A stretch of DNA of 49,463 nt from an uncultured Methanosarcinales archaeon (GCA_964467845.1 CAYXTQ010000001.1:1-49463), one strand, 5' to 3'; numbered from the stretch's first letter, positions 15,528 through 25,355 are shown. The notes: generated by a model not told the origin, from the letters alone. Numbers and translations: made by a program.

Positions 15528-16229
15528 ATGCAATCAAAAACCACAGAGGTTATAAACATGAATAAAACTGAAATAAAAAACATCACTAAAAGCTGCCTTA
15601 TAGCTTCTAGAATATTAACCAAGTGCATAAAAAACATTAAAAAATTTAAAAACGAACTAGAAGTTGCTCAATTCTTAAAAAAAGAGGCAAAAAAAAATAA
15701 ATGCACTTTAGCTTTTAAGCCAATTGTTGCTATTGCAAATAATGCTTCTATTATCCATCATAAACCAACTAATAGAAAATTAAAAAAGGGTTTTTTAATC
15801 CTAGACTTCGGAGTTAAGTACAAAGGTTATTGCTCTGATATGACAAGAACAATATACATTGGAAACCCTACTAAAAGAGAAAAACGCCTTTATAATTTGG
15901 TTCTAAAAACGCAACTTTTGGCTATAAAAAAAATAAAAGTTGGAATGAAAGCTTGTGAGGTTTATAATATAGCAGTAAAAAGATTAGGTAACTATAAAAA
16001 ATATTTTAAACACAGACTAGGTCATGGTGTTGGCAAAAGAATCCATGAATCTCCAAGTCTAGGCCCAAAAAACAAAAGAAGAATAAAAGATAACATTATC
16101 TTAACTATAGAGCCGGGCATATATTTTAAAAAAAAGTTTGGCATTAGAATTGAAGACACTGTTTTATTAAAAAATAATAAAGTTAAGATATTGACAAAAG
16201 TTCCAAAGAAATTAATAATAGTAAAGTAA
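15528..16229 (+). CDS. M24-family Xaa-Pro peptidase, catalytic domain only
   Basis: 233 aa with DFGVKYKGYCSDMTRT, HGVGKRIHE, EPGIY and IRIEDTV metal-ligand motifs. An alternative ATG is at 15558. Confidence 0.7.
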   Translation: MQSKTTEVINMNKTEIKNITKSCLIASRILTKCIKNIKKFKNELEVAQFLKKEAKKNKCTLAFKPIVAIANNASIIHHKPTNRKLKKGFLILDFGVKYKGYCSDMTRTIYIGNPTKREKRLYNLVLKTQLLAIKKIKVGMKACEVYNIAVKRLGNYKKYFKHRLGHGVGKRIHESPSLGPKNKRRIKDNIILTIEPGIYFKKKFGIRIEDTVLLKNNKVKILTKVPKKLIIVK

Positions 16230-16262
16230 AGATTTTTATATCATTTTAATTTCTTCTTAAAT

Positions 16263-17708
16263 ATGATTAACCAAGATTTAGCAGATTTTGCAGTAAAATA
16301 TGCATTAAGATTAGGAGCAAGTTATGCAGAAGCTAGATTGGAGAATATACAGGCAAACGGCTTTGTTTTAAAAAACGGCATCTTAGAGGTATCTGGGTTT
16401 GAAAGAAATACTGGAATTGGAATTAGGTTGATAAAAGATGGCATTTTAAGCTTTGCATCAACAGATGATTTAAAAAAAAAAGAAATTGCTGCCTTAATTA
16501 AAAATTCTTTACAAATTCAGAAAAACTCTTCTAAATTAAAGGAATGTGATTTAAATTTTTCAGAAAAAAAAGCTGTAAAATCAAAAGATATTGTAAAGCA
16601 AAAAATTAATATTAAAAATGTTGGCCCGGAAGAAAAATTAGATTATGTCATGGACGTAGAAAAAAGCATTAAAAGTAAAAATGTTCCTTTTAGATACCTT
16701 TCCTTAACAGACCATTTAAGCAAAAAATATTTTGTTGATTCTGACGGAACTAAGATTTATTCAGAAATTCCATACATAGGTTTTTATTATGTTATAACAA
16801 TAAAAGAATCCAATAAAACACTGCAGAGATATTGGCAATATGGCAACAGTAGCGGTTGGGAAATAACTAATTATTGGAATATAAGCAAAGATTTAATTGA
16901 ACAAGTAAAGGCATTAAGAGATAATATAAGAGAAGGGATCAAAGCACCAAAAAAAAAAATAGATTTGGTAATAGGCCATGAAGTAACTGGCATTATTGTG
17001 CATGAAAGCTGCGGCCACCCTTACGAGGCAGATAGAGTATTTGGAAGAGAGGCTGCACAGGGAGGTGAGTCATTTATCACAAAACAAATGATTGGAGAAG
17101 ATATCAGCAATCCTATTGTAAATGTTGTTGATGAACCAAATATTAATAATTTTCCTGCGTATTACCAATTTGATGACGAGGGTGTTAAAGCAAAAAAAAA
17201 ATATTTGATTAAATATGGAAAAATAAATGAGCTGTTACATAACAGAGAAACTTCTTTTAAAATGGGTATAAGAAGTAATGGTTCTGCAAGAGCCTCCTCC
17301 TATAACAAAGAGCCTATTGTAAGGATGTCTAATACCTTTATGTTACCTGGTGACTATAAAGAAGAAGAATTATTTGAAGATATAAAACTTGGTGTTTACA
17401 TTAAAAACTTTGGAGAATGGAATATAGATGATAAAAGATTGCATCAAAGGTATATAGGTAATGAATCTTATTTGATTAAGAACGGTAAAATAAAGGAATC
17501 TATTAGGAAGCCAATTCTAGAAATTTCTACCTTTGGTTTTTACAGGGCAATAGATGCACTTTCAAATAAAATTAGGATATATGCTGCAGTCTGTGGAAAA
17601 GGAGAACCATTACAAGGGATTAATGTTGGTTTAGGAGGCCCTTTAGTCAGGTTAAGAAACATTAAGTTAGGAGGTAAATCTAATGCAACCCTTACTAAGA
17701 TATGTTAA
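16263..17708 (+). CDS. tldD: TldD-type U62 metallopeptidase
   Basis: 481 aa with the HESCGHPYEADRV (HExxxH) motif and a GxC C-terminal region. It is paired with a PmbA-like gene. Confidence 0.8.
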   Translation: MINQDLADFAVKYALRLGASYAEARLENIQANGFVLKNGILEVSGFERNTGIGIRLIKDGILSFASTDDLKKKEIAALIKNSLQIQKNSSKLKECDLNFSEKKAVKSKDIVKQKINIKNVGPEEKLDYVMDVEKSIKSKNVPFRYLSLTDHLSKKYFVDSDGTKIYSEIPYIGFYYVITIKESNKTLQRYWQYGNSSGWEITNYWNISKDLIEQVKALRDNIREGIKAPKKKIDLVIGHEVTGIIVHESCGHPYEADRVFGREAAQGGESFITKQMIGEDISNPIVNVVDEPNINNFPAYYQFDDEGVKAKKKYLIKYGKINELLHNRETSFKMGIRSNGSARASSYNKEPIVRMSNTFMLPGDYKEEELFEDIKLGVYIKNFGEWNIDDKRLHQRYIGNESYLIKNGKIKESIRKPILEISTFGFYRAIDALSNKIRIYAAVCGKGEPLQGINVGLGGPLVRLRNIKLGGKSNATLTKIC

Positions 17709-19008
17709 CAAAAAACTAATTCAAAAAGGAGCAGATGATATAGTTTTAGTCCTAGAAAAAAAAAAAAATAATCAAATAAAATTCACAAACAACAACATCA
17801 CAAGCATTAATTCTTGGAGCGAGAATATAATTTCTGTGTTTTGCTCAATAAAAAAAAAAATTGTAGTTAGTAACCTAGAAGATTTCTCTAAAAAAGGGGT
17901 AAATGATTTAATTAAAAATATATTCAATTTCCAGAGAACAATAAAACCAAAAGAGGATTATTATGGAATTGCTAAAGGCCCTTTTAATTATAAAAAAATA
18001 GAAAGAACATATGATAAAAAAATCATTAACTTAGGAGATAATGCCGTTGATTTAGTTGAAGACGGAATAAATACCGCATTAAATCACGGTGCTGATAGAT
18101 CTTCTGGATTATTAGAATTTGGAAATTTTGAAATATTCTTACTTACTTCAAATAATGTTGAGGCAAATGACAAAGGAACCAATATTTATTATTCTATCAG
18201 GGTTTTTAATAAAGATGGTTCTGGACATAAAGTTGGTTGTGATAGGTTTCTAAAAAATCTTAAATTAGAATTAATATCTAAAGAGGCTGCTATAACTGCA
18301 AAAGAATCAAGAAATCCTAAGCACGTTCTACCTGGAAAATATGATATAATTTTTGATGTAATGCCTTTTGCAAATCTGCTAAATCATGTAACAATCTCTT
18401 CTTCAATTGCTGCTGTTGAGTCTGGACTTTCCTTTTTTATTAATAAACTAAATAAGAAAGTTGCTAATAATAATTTTACTTTAATAGATAATGGGGCGTT
18501 ACAAAATGGTTATAACTCAGTTAAATTTGATCATGAAGGTGTTCCAACAAAAAAAAATATAATAATTGATAAGGGCATTCTAAAAACATATTTGTGCAAT
18601 ACTTCTTATGCTAAAAAATATAATACAAAAACAACAGCTAATGCTGGCCTAATAGACCCCCACCCCTTTAATATCATATTAAAAAAAGGAAACTATAACA
18701 AGGAAGAATTAATTAAAGAGGTTAAGAAGGGTTTATACGTAACAAACACATGGTATACAAGATTCCAAGATTATGTTAAGGGAGATTTTTCTACTATGCC
18801 GAGAGATGCTGTTTTTTTTATAGAAAACGGTAAGATAAAACATTCTGTAAAAGATATTAGGGTGAGTGATAATTTATTGAATATATTAAAAAATATAAGA
18901 TGTATTGGTAATAAAACTGAACAAGTAATTGGATGGGAAATTGAAATTCCAACTATAACGCCAACGGTTTTAGCAAAAAATATAAATATAACTAGGTCAA
19001 CTGCATAG
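17683..19008 (+). CDS. pmbA: PmbA/TldE-type U62 peptidase partner
   Basis: 441 aa. It overlaps tldD by 26 nt and has its own GGAGGT SD. The family-typical C-terminal beta-rich region is present. Confidence 0.75.
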   Translation: MQPLLRYVNKKLIQKGADDIVLVLEKKKNNQIKFTNNNITSINSWSENIISVFCSIKKKIVVSNLEDFSKKGVNDLIKNIFNFQRTIKPKEDYYGIAKGPFNYKKIERTYDKKIINLGDNAVDLVEDGINTALNHGADRSSGLLEFGNFEIFLLTSNNVEANDKGTNIYYSIRVFNKDGSGHKVGCDRFLKNLKLELISKEAAITAKESRNPKHVLPGKYDIIFDVMPFANLLNHVTISSSIAAVESGLSFFINKLNKKVANNNFTLIDNGALQNGYNSVKFDHEGVPTKKNIIIDKGILKTYLCNTSYAKKYNTKTTANAGLIDPHPFNIILKKGNYNKEELIKEVKKGLYVTNTWYTRFQDYVKGDFSTMPRDAVFFIENGKIKHSVKDIRVSDNLLNILKNIRCIGNKTEQVIGWEIEIPTITPTVLAKNINITRSTA

Positions 19009-19011
19009 GGA

Positions 19012-20157
19012 ATGAAAACCAAAGATAAGAACATATTGGATAGTGTAATATATAATTATGCAACTAATATTCCTCAGTTAGAAGAAGAAAATAAAATATT
19101 AAAAGAAACAATAGGAAGACTAAAAGAAGAGTTGAATAAGTTTAGAGATCCTCCTTTAATGGTTTGTGAGATATCAGATATTATTGGTAATCAGGCAATA
19201 ATATCAATACCTAACGGCAATAGATTTTCTGTAAACATTAGTTCGGAATGTGAAAAAATTAATCCGGGTGACTTGGTTTTAGCAGAGCAGAAAAACTTAA
19301 CCGTAATGCAAAAAATACCATTAACTAGACGATTCAATGTTGAAAAATTTGTAATAGTAGAAAAACCAAAAATATCTTGGCAAGATGTCGGTGGTCTTGA
19401 TGACCAAATTAGAGAAATACAGGAGGTTGTTGAATTGCCTTTAAAAAAACCCGAATTATTTAAAAAAGTTGGAATTCAGCCACCAAAAGGAATTTTACTT
19501 TATGGAGAGCCTGGAACTGGAAAAACTTTATTGGCAAAGGCTGTTGCCTCTTCCACAAATTCTACATTTATAGAGATTGTTGGCTCTGAGTTAGTCCAAA
19601 AATTCATTGGCGAAGGTGCAAAGCTGGTTAAGGAAATATTTCAGTTGGCAAGGAATAAAGCGCCATCTATTATATTCATTGACGAACTTGACAGCTTAGC
19701 TGCAAAAAGAATGGAGATTGGAACTTCTGGCGAAAGAGAGGTAAACAGAACTTTTATGCAGCTTTTGGCAGAAATTGATGGTTTTAAACATTTAGGTAAT
19801 GTAAAGGTTATTGGTGCAACAAACAGAAGAGATATTCTAGACCCTGCTGTTCTAAGACCTGGAAGGCTTGATAGATTAATTAAAATACCTATACCAGATA
19901 AAAAAGCCAGAGAATCTATATTTAATATACACACAAGAAATATGACGCCTGATAAAAAGATTAATACAAACAAACTCATAGATGAGATGGAACATTTTTC
20001 TGGTGCAGAAATTAAAGCAGTTTGCACAGAAGCAGGTTATTTTGCAATAAGGAAGAATAAAACAAAAGTCATAGAAGATGATTTCTTAAAGGCAATAAAG
20101 AAAGTTAAGGAAAAAGAAGAAGCTGAAGGAGAAGATTACATGCACATGTTCGGTTAA
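19012..20157 (+). CDS. pan: Proteasome-activating nucleotidase (AAA ATPase)
   Basis: 381 aa with an N-terminal coiled coil, an OB region, Walker A GEPGTGKT, Walker B IIFIDELD and the second region of homology. Confidence 0.85.
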   Translation: MKTKDKNILDSVIYNYATNIPQLEEENKILKETIGRLKEELNKFRDPPLMVCEISDIIGNQAIISIPNGNRFSVNISSECEKINPGDLVLAEQKNLTVMQKIPLTRRFNVEKFVIVEKPKISWQDVGGLDDQIREIQEVVELPLKKPELFKKVGIQPPKGILLYGEPGTGKTLLAKAVASSTNSTFIEIVGSELVQKFIGEGAKLVKEIFQLARNKAPSIIFIDELDSLAAKRMEIGTSGEREVNRTFMQLLAEIDGFKHLGNVKVIGATNRRDILDPAVLRPGRLDRLIKIPIPDKKARESIFNIHTRNMTPDKKINTNKLIDEMEHFSGAEIKAVCTEAGYFAIRKNKTKVIEDDFLKAIKKVKEKEEAEGEDYMHMFG

Positions 20158-20175
20158 TTTTTTTTTTTTTTTTTT
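20158..20175 (+). terminator. T18 run directly after the pan stop codon
   Basis: Read directly. Confidence 0.6.
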
Positions 20176-20216
20176 AATGATTTTATTTTTTTTTATTGAA
20201 TTCTAAAAATAAAAAT

Positions 20217-20290
20217 GCATGTGCTAACCAGTTACTTCCGTTAATCATTGCTTTCGCTCATCTGGTGTTCACTAGTATCATCGCACATGC
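20217..20290. ncRNA. Candidate 74-nt structured RNA (GC-richer island closed by an 8-bp stem GCATGTGC/GCACATGC); class unknown
   Basis: It sits between convergent genes in otherwise A/T homopolymer-rich spacer. The minus strand has only degenerate C/D-like boxes (GCGATGA .. CAGA .. ATGATTA .. CTGG). It does not fold as a canonical tRNA by eye. Confidence 0.3.
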
Positions 20291-20311
20291 AATAAGTAAG
20301 AATTAACTTGA

Positions 20312-20572
20312 TTATTTAATATTTTTGTTCTTTTCACAAAGGTCGTAAAGAACATTATAGGCTTTCATCAAATCTTTTTCTTTGAAAAAAATAATTATTT
20401 CAGGAATACAGCTCATTACCTCAATTATATTTATATTATTCATAGAAAGTTCAGATGTAAGAACAGCAACAACACCTGGTGTTGACCAAGTGCGCTCATC
20501 AAGATGTATTGTAACTTCAGCCAAGCCTTGGTCTATTTTTTTTATTTTTTTATATTCTTCTAAAATCCACAC
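20312..20572 (-). CDS. Small ACT-domain protein
   Basis: 86 aa. GVVAVLTSELSMNNINIIEVMS fits a beta-alpha-beta-beta-alpha-beta ACT pattern. It overlaps the trm5 3' end by 23 nt. Confidence 0.5.
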   Translation of the reverse strand: MWILEEYKKIKKIDQGLAEVTIHLDERTWSTPGVVAVLTSELSMNNINIIEVMSCIPEIIIFFKEKDLMKAYNVLYDLCEKNKNIK

Positions 20573-21305
20573 AAACCCTATATACTCTAGGAGAAAACTG
20601 ACCGCATTTAACTAATTTTAATATTTTATACTTTTTTTCTTGTTTCTTACAAGCCTTATCTATTTTCTTTATTGCTTTATCAAATTCTTCTTCATTTAAA
20701 AAATCGTAAAAATGGATTATTCCTTTTTTCTTTACAGTTTTTAATGCTAAATCTAAATAGTTCTCTGCACCTTTTGGCAAAGGCATTAAAACTCTATCAA
20801 ACTTTTTCTTTAATTTTGGAATTATTTTCCTTACATCTCCTAAAAATAACTTAACATTTTTTATTTTATTTAATTTTAAATTCTCTAACGCATATTTATG
20901 TGCAATTGGATTTATTTCAATACCATAAATCTCCTTAGCTTTAGTATTTTTAGCAATAACACATGGATAAGGCGCAACACCTGAAAACATTACCAAAATA
21001 CTTTCTCCATCTTTTACTTGCAAAAAAATCCTTTTTCTTTCAGTAGCCATTCTAGAAGAAAAATAAACTTTCTCAGGATTTAATTTCAACCTCACATTGT
21101 TCTCTTTATGTGCTGTTTCTTTTCTTCTCTCACCTGCTATAATCTTTAATTTAGGTAATCTATATTTGCCAGAATTTTTTTTTTTTTTTTTTAAGATTAC
21201 TTTTACATTCCTATGTGTTTGTAGTAATTTCTTTGCAACCTTTTTTTCATTTTTATCAATATCATTAATAATTATTAGGTCACCAACAATATCATAAGAA
21301 ACCAT
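20550..21305 (-). CDS. trm5: tRNA (guanine37-N1)-methyltransferase Trm5/Met-10+ family
   Basis: 251 aa with YFSSRMATERKRI and the SAM motif VMFSGVAPYPCVIAKN..GIEINPIAHKYALENLKLNK. It contains an in-frame 18-nt homopolymer at 21175-21192. Confidence 0.85.
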   Translation of the reverse strand: MVSYDIVGDLIIINDIDKNEKKVAKKLLQTHRNVKVILKKKKKNSGKYRLPKLKIIAGERRKETAHKENNVRLKLNPEKVYFSSRMATERKRIFLQVKDGESILVMFSGVAPYPCVIAKNTKAKEIYGIEINPIAHKYALENLKLNKIKNVKLFLGDVRKIIPKLKKKFDRVLMPLPKGAENYLDLALKTVKKKGIIHFYDFLNEEEFDKAIKKIDKACKKQEKKYKILKLVKCGQFSPRVYRVCVDFRRI

Positions 21306-21360
21306 TTTAGAAAAAGTCTCCTAACCCTTTTTGTGGTATTAAAGATCTCATTTTTAATGC

Positions 21361-22392
21361 TCAGAAATCCACTAGGGATTTCTGTTTTTTTTTTTCCTTT
21401 TCTTTCATTAACCTTTCTATACCGCTGTTAACCCTTTCCTCAGAAAAATCGTGCTCATCCACTAACAACTTCAGAACTTTTTCTTTATCAATATCCTTCC
21501 ATTCTAACTTAAATTTGTCTGTAACAGGTATGTTCTTGAATAAATCAAAAACCTCTTTCCAAGAAAATTTAAAATAATCTTCCCATTTAACTTCTTTGAA
21601 TAATTTGTCAAAATTTGTTTTATACTTCTTTAAAAGTTCTAAAGCCCTTTTCGGACCAATGCCTTTAATGCCTCCTGGATTATAATCAGTCCCGACCAAC
21701 ATTCCCAAAACAATTAATTGGTTTTGGTCTACTCCTAGCTTGTTTAGATTTTCTGCTAATTCAATAATCTCTGGTTTAAATATTTCATATGCGAGTTTAT
21801 TTGTTTTTTTTTTTTTTCCGACAACAGAAAGGTTTCTTACTAAGTTGGGTGCCCCAAACAACAAAGCATCAGCATCCTGAGATGCGACTGCAAACGCTTT
21901 TTTTTTTTTTACTAAATAAGCTGCCTGTGCTTCTCCTTCGGAAGGAGCCTCAATAATAGGAACTCCTAAAGCGCTAATAAGTTTTTTTGCTTCTTCAATC
22001 ATCTCTCCTGTTAATTTTGTTGTTCTCGCAGCATATTTTCTCATCTCTTCTAAATCTTCTTTCTTCACAGCCTCTTCATACTTTTTCTGTGCCTCTATTT
22101 TTAGTTCAGCCCTTTTTTCCCTTTCCTCATGCTTTAATTTTGGTGGTTCACCATCAAAAACATAAACCAGCTTTATACCTGATTCCATTAACTTAGTTGA
22201 TCTTGTAAATAACCCTGCTAAATGGGATGTTACTCTGCCTTTAGAATCTATTAGTAAACTCCCATCTCTCTGCCTGATTGTAGTTAAAAACTGGTACAAA
22301 AAAAGATGAGAATCTACAGCAATAATTTTATTAGCTAAATCATTAAGATTAATTTCCTTCCTTGACAATAACTCTGTAATTTGAACTCCCAT
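21361..22392 (-). CDS. fen: Flap endonuclease 1
   Basis: 343 aa with the N-terminus MGVQITELL, XPG-N and XPG-I motifs (SQDADALLFGAP), H3TH (GTDYNPGGIKGIGPKRA) and a C-terminal PIP-like tail (QKSLVDF). Confidence 0.9.
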   Translation of the reverse strand: MGVQITELLSRKEINLNDLANKIIAVDSHLFLYQFLTTIRQRDGSLLIDSKGRVTSHLAGLFTRSTKLMESGIKLVYVFDGEPPKLKHEEREKRAELKIEAQKKYEEAVKKEDLEEMRKYAARTTKLTGEMIEEAKKLISALGVPIIEAPSEGEAQAAYLVKKKKAFAVASQDADALLFGAPNLVRNLSVVGKKKKTNKLAYEIFKPEIIELAENLNKLGVDQNQLIVLGMLVGTDYNPGGIKGIGPKRALELLKKYKTNFDKLFKEVKWEDYFKFSWKEVFDLFKNIPVTDKFKLEWKDIDKEKVLKLLVDEHDFSEERVNSGIERLMKEKEKKKQKSLVDF

Positions 22393-22418
22393 TTTTGACT
22401 CAGTTAAAAATGGGGCTT

Positions 22419-22435
22419 GAAAATCGTAGATTTTC
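22419..22435. other. GAAAATC-GTA-GATTTTC hairpin between the wHTH gene and fen
   Basis: Read directly. An outer TGGG/CCCA pairing is possible. Confidence 0.6.
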
Positions 22436-22446
22436 TTTGTCCCATT

Positions 22447-23310
22447 TTACAATTGCTTTACTTTTAAACCTTTGAATTCTTTTTCTAGCAGTTCATTTGC
22501 TTTTTTTGTAAGTTCACCTGTGGTTATAAACAAAACAGGAAGTTTTTTTGATTGTCCTTGAATGTATACAGAACTTAAATCTCCGTCATTAATTTTTTTC
22601 TTTTTTTTTGCTTTGCAAAAATATTTTAAGTTACCAACCGGGCTCGGAATTTCAACCAACATCTCTATATCTTTATTTTTTCTTATAATTTTTTTATCAA
22701 TAATGTTTATTTTATTTCTGCTAAAGTACTGTTGGATTTTATCATGGAATTCGTCAGTTAAGGTAACTTCTTTCTTAACTGTTTTTATTTCTTTTTGCTC
22801 ATCTTCTTTTAATGGTTTTTGCACTTCTTTTTTTTTTTCTTTTTCTTCAGTCTTTGTAGAAGGCATTAGTTCTATCTTAATTAGATCCTCAGCCTCCTTA
22901 TTCGGCAATAAATACCATTTCCAAAAAATTTCTGATTTGTCCTGATAATCAACTTTTAGAGGAAATGCAAAATCCTTCATATTCCTTAAAGTAACCCTTG
23001 AAACAGGATCTAGACTTGTATCCCTTAAAACCTTGTTTTGTTTTAATAAGTCATAACTTTTTTTTTCTTTTTCATGTAGTTTATTAGCAAAATCTTGAAG
23101 TCTATGCTCCTGGCCAGGCAAGTAATACAATGGACTGTCACCAATTTTGATATTAGATATTTTAACCAAATTATTTGAAGAAAGTTCAGATAAATAAGCA
23201 GAAGCCATAAGTATATTGGTATTAATCTCTTTAGATATCTGTGCTGGAATAACAGGGCCTTTTATCCTTATTAGTTGTAGTATCTTCTCTTTTGCGTCGT
23301 TCATAATCAT
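22447..23310 (-). CDS. Winged-helix protein with a Lys/Glu-rich linker and an unassigned C-terminal alpha/beta domain
   Basis: 287 aa with an N-terminal wHTH-like segment (ILQLIRIKGPVIPAQISKEINTNILMASAYLSEL). A restriction-endonuclease-like fold for the C-terminal ~80 aa (DIEMLVEI..YFCKAKKKK) is only a guess. Confidence 0.5.
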   Translation of the reverse strand: MIMNDAKEKILQLIRIKGPVIPAQISKEINTNILMASAYLSELSSNNLVKISNIKIGDSPLYYLPGQEHRLQDFANKLHEKEKKSYDLLKQNKVLRDTSLDPVSRVTLRNMKDFAFPLKVDYQDKSEIFWKWYLLPNKEAEDLIKIELMPSTKTEEKEKKKEVQKPLKEDEQKEIKTVKKEVTLTDEFHDKIQQYFSRNKINIIDKKIIRKNKDIEMLVEIPSPVGNLKYFCKAKKKKKINDGDLSSVYIQGQSKKLPVLFITTGELTKKANELLEKEFKGLKVKQL

Positions 23311-23363
23311 TAAAATAGAATATATGTTTATATATTTTATTGTGAGGTATTATACATAACCTA

Positions 23364-23933
23364 TTATGGCCTTATCCATCTTATTTCATAATAAGTTACG
23401 CTGTTTTCATTATCAACAATTCCTATCATTAACCTTTTCCGTGTAGAATGCGCAACCCTGTTTTTTGCTGCAAACTCGTACCAAGTTAAACTAGAACTCT
23501 CAGCAACAGGATAAACAATCCATCTGGCATGGTCTTCTCCTGGCTTTACACCCCTGTCATATACCCTAAATTCTGCTCCAAATTTTAAAGCTGTTTTTAT
23601 AATATAGCCTCTGTCTCTTATATCCTTAAAAACACAGTATCTTGTCCAAAACTGTGGCTCAAGCCTTTGACTTTTTTTTAAGAAATTATCAAAATCAATT
23701 CTTTTATTTTTTCTGTCTACAATTTTTATTTTTTTTTTTTCTAGAAGATAAAGCCCCTCTATTAGAGAAAGCTGAACCTTTCCGTCCTCTAATAAAGTAC
23801 CATACCTGCTCTGATTATAAAATTCTCTAGCAGCATCAGAGTTTTCTGTTAAAATTCTTTCTTTTGCAAATATTGCTTTTATATTTTTTTTTTTTTTGTT
23901 TTTTATTATTTCTTTTTCTTCTTCTTTTGTCAT
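23364..23933 (-). CDS. endA: tRNA-splicing endonuclease
   Basis: 189 aa. The C-terminal catalytic domain pattern is FRVYDRG..HARWIVYP..AHSTRKRL (Tyr/His/Lys). The length fits a single-unit homo-oligomeric type. Confidence 0.8.
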   Translation of the reverse strand: MTKEEEKEIIKNKKKKNIKAIFAKERILTENSDAAREFYNQSRYGTLLEDGKVQLSLIEGLYLLEKKKIKIVDRKNKRIDFDNFLKKSQRLEPQFWTRYCVFKDIRDRGYIIKTALKFGAEFRVYDRGVKPGEDHARWIVYPVAESSSLTWYEFAAKNRVAHSTRKRLMIGIVDNENSVTYYEIRWIRP

Positions 23934-24072
23934 ATTTAGTTAGATATTTTGATTTACTTAAAAAATCTTTCTTTATACATATTTATTTTCTATATTGAAA
24001 ATAAGTAAAGTAACTAATATATACTTAGAAATTAAAAAATATTATAAACAAACACAAATTAACATTCATAAA

Positions 24073-24963
24073 ATGGAAATAACATTTTTAGGAACAACAA
24101 GCATGGTTCCGACTAAAGAAAGAAACCATATTGCCACTTTTATTAATTATGGCTCTGAAGGGATTTTAATTGATTGTGGAGAGGGTACTCAAAGGCAGAT
24201 GAAAATATCTGGAATTAAAGTTACTAAAGTAACTAAAATTTTAATCTCACATTGGCACGGAGATCATATCCTTGGTTTGCCAGGGCTAATACAAACAATG
24301 GCTGCCTCTGAATATAACGGCGTTTTAGAGATTTATGGCCCTGTTGGAATAAAAAAAAGAATTAAGGATATATTTGATGTTTTTATTTTTGACAAAAATA
24401 TTCAAATAAAAGTAAAAGAAATCAAAAAAAAGAAGTTCTATGACGGAAAATATTTTTATTTGGAGGCTTTAGAATTAAGCCATGGAATAAAATGTTTTGG
24501 ATTTAATTTTATAGAAAAAGACCATAGAAGGATTAACATAAGGAAGATAAAGGAATTGGGAATTCCAGAATGCCCTTTATTGGGAAAATTGCAGGAAAAC
24601 AAATCAATTGTTTTTAAAGGTAAGAAAATAACACCAGAAGAAACAACATATGTGGTTAAAGGTAAGAAAATAACAATAATTTCTGATACTCTTGTCTGTA
24701 AAAATTGTTATGAGCTGTCTAAAGATGCTGATTTATTGATTTGTGAAGCATCATATAAATCAGACTTAGAGGAAAAAGCACAGGAATATAAGCATTTAAC
24801 TGCAAAACAGGCAGCACAAATAGCAAGCATAAGTAATGTAAAAAGGCTAATATTGACGCATATAAGCGCCAGATACAAAGACCCAAAAGAGATAGAAGAA
24901 GATGCTAAACAAATCTTTGACAATGTTGTTGTTGCATATGACTTAATGAAGGTTAAGGTATAA
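24073..24963 (+). CDS. rnz: Ribonuclease Z (tRNA 3' processing)
   Basis: The track ORF starts at an upstream TTG. The ATG at 24073 gives MEITFLGT. It has the metallo-beta-lactamase HWHGDH motif. Confidence 0.85.
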   Translation: MEITFLGTTSMVPTKERNHIATFINYGSEGILIDCGEGTQRQMKISGIKVTKVTKILISHWHGDHILGLPGLIQTMAASEYNGVLEIYGPVGIKKRIKDIFDVFIFDKNIQIKVKEIKKKKFYDGKYFYLEALELSHGIKCFGFNFIEKDHRRINIRKIKELGIPECPLLGKLQENKSIVFKGKKITPEETTYVVKGKKITIISDTLVCKNCYELSKDADLLICEASYKSDLEEKAQEYKHLTAKQAAQIASISNVKRLILTHISARYKDPKEIEEDAKQIFDNVVVAYDLMKVKV

Positions 24964-25355
24964 TGTCAACAAAATCTAAAGGAATAAATGCTGAAAGAGA
25001 GCTTATACACATGTTTTGGGCTAAAGGTTTTGCTGCCCTAAGAGTAGCTGGCTCTGGTTCTTCTAAATATCCTTCTACAGACCTTATAGTTGGCAATAAA
25101 GACAAGAAATTAGCAATTGAATGCAAAACAACAAGAGAACAAAAAAAATACATTTCTAGGGAAGATATAGAGCAATTAAAATCCTTTTCTACCTTATTTG
25201 GCGCTTTAGCCATTGTAGCTGTTAAATTTAAGGGTTTTGACTGGTTTTTCCTTTTTTTGGATGATTTAGGACAAAAAGAAAAAAGTTATTATATAGATAT
25301 AGACATAGCAAAAAATAAAGGGCTGTTATTTGAGGAATTAGTAGAAAAAATATAA
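24963..25355 (+). CDS. hjc: Holliday junction resolvase Hjc
   Basis: 130 aa with KGINAERELIHMFWAKGFAALRVAGSG ... DLIVG ... IECK. The ATG overlaps the rnz stop (TAATG). Confidence 0.85.
   Translation: MSTKSKGINAERELIHMFWAKGFAALRVAGSGSSKYPSTDLIVGNKDKKLAIECKTTREQKKYISREDIEQLKSFSTLFGALAIVAVKFKGFDWFFLFLDDLGQKEKSYYIDIDIAKNKGLLFEELVEKI

Noticed and set aside
15380-15637. 85-aa minus-strand ORF spanning the LAGLIDADG/M24 divergent spacer
   Set aside because: It overlaps the start of the M24 peptidase gene and the shared 30-bp promoter motif. It has no SD and its composition looks non-coding.
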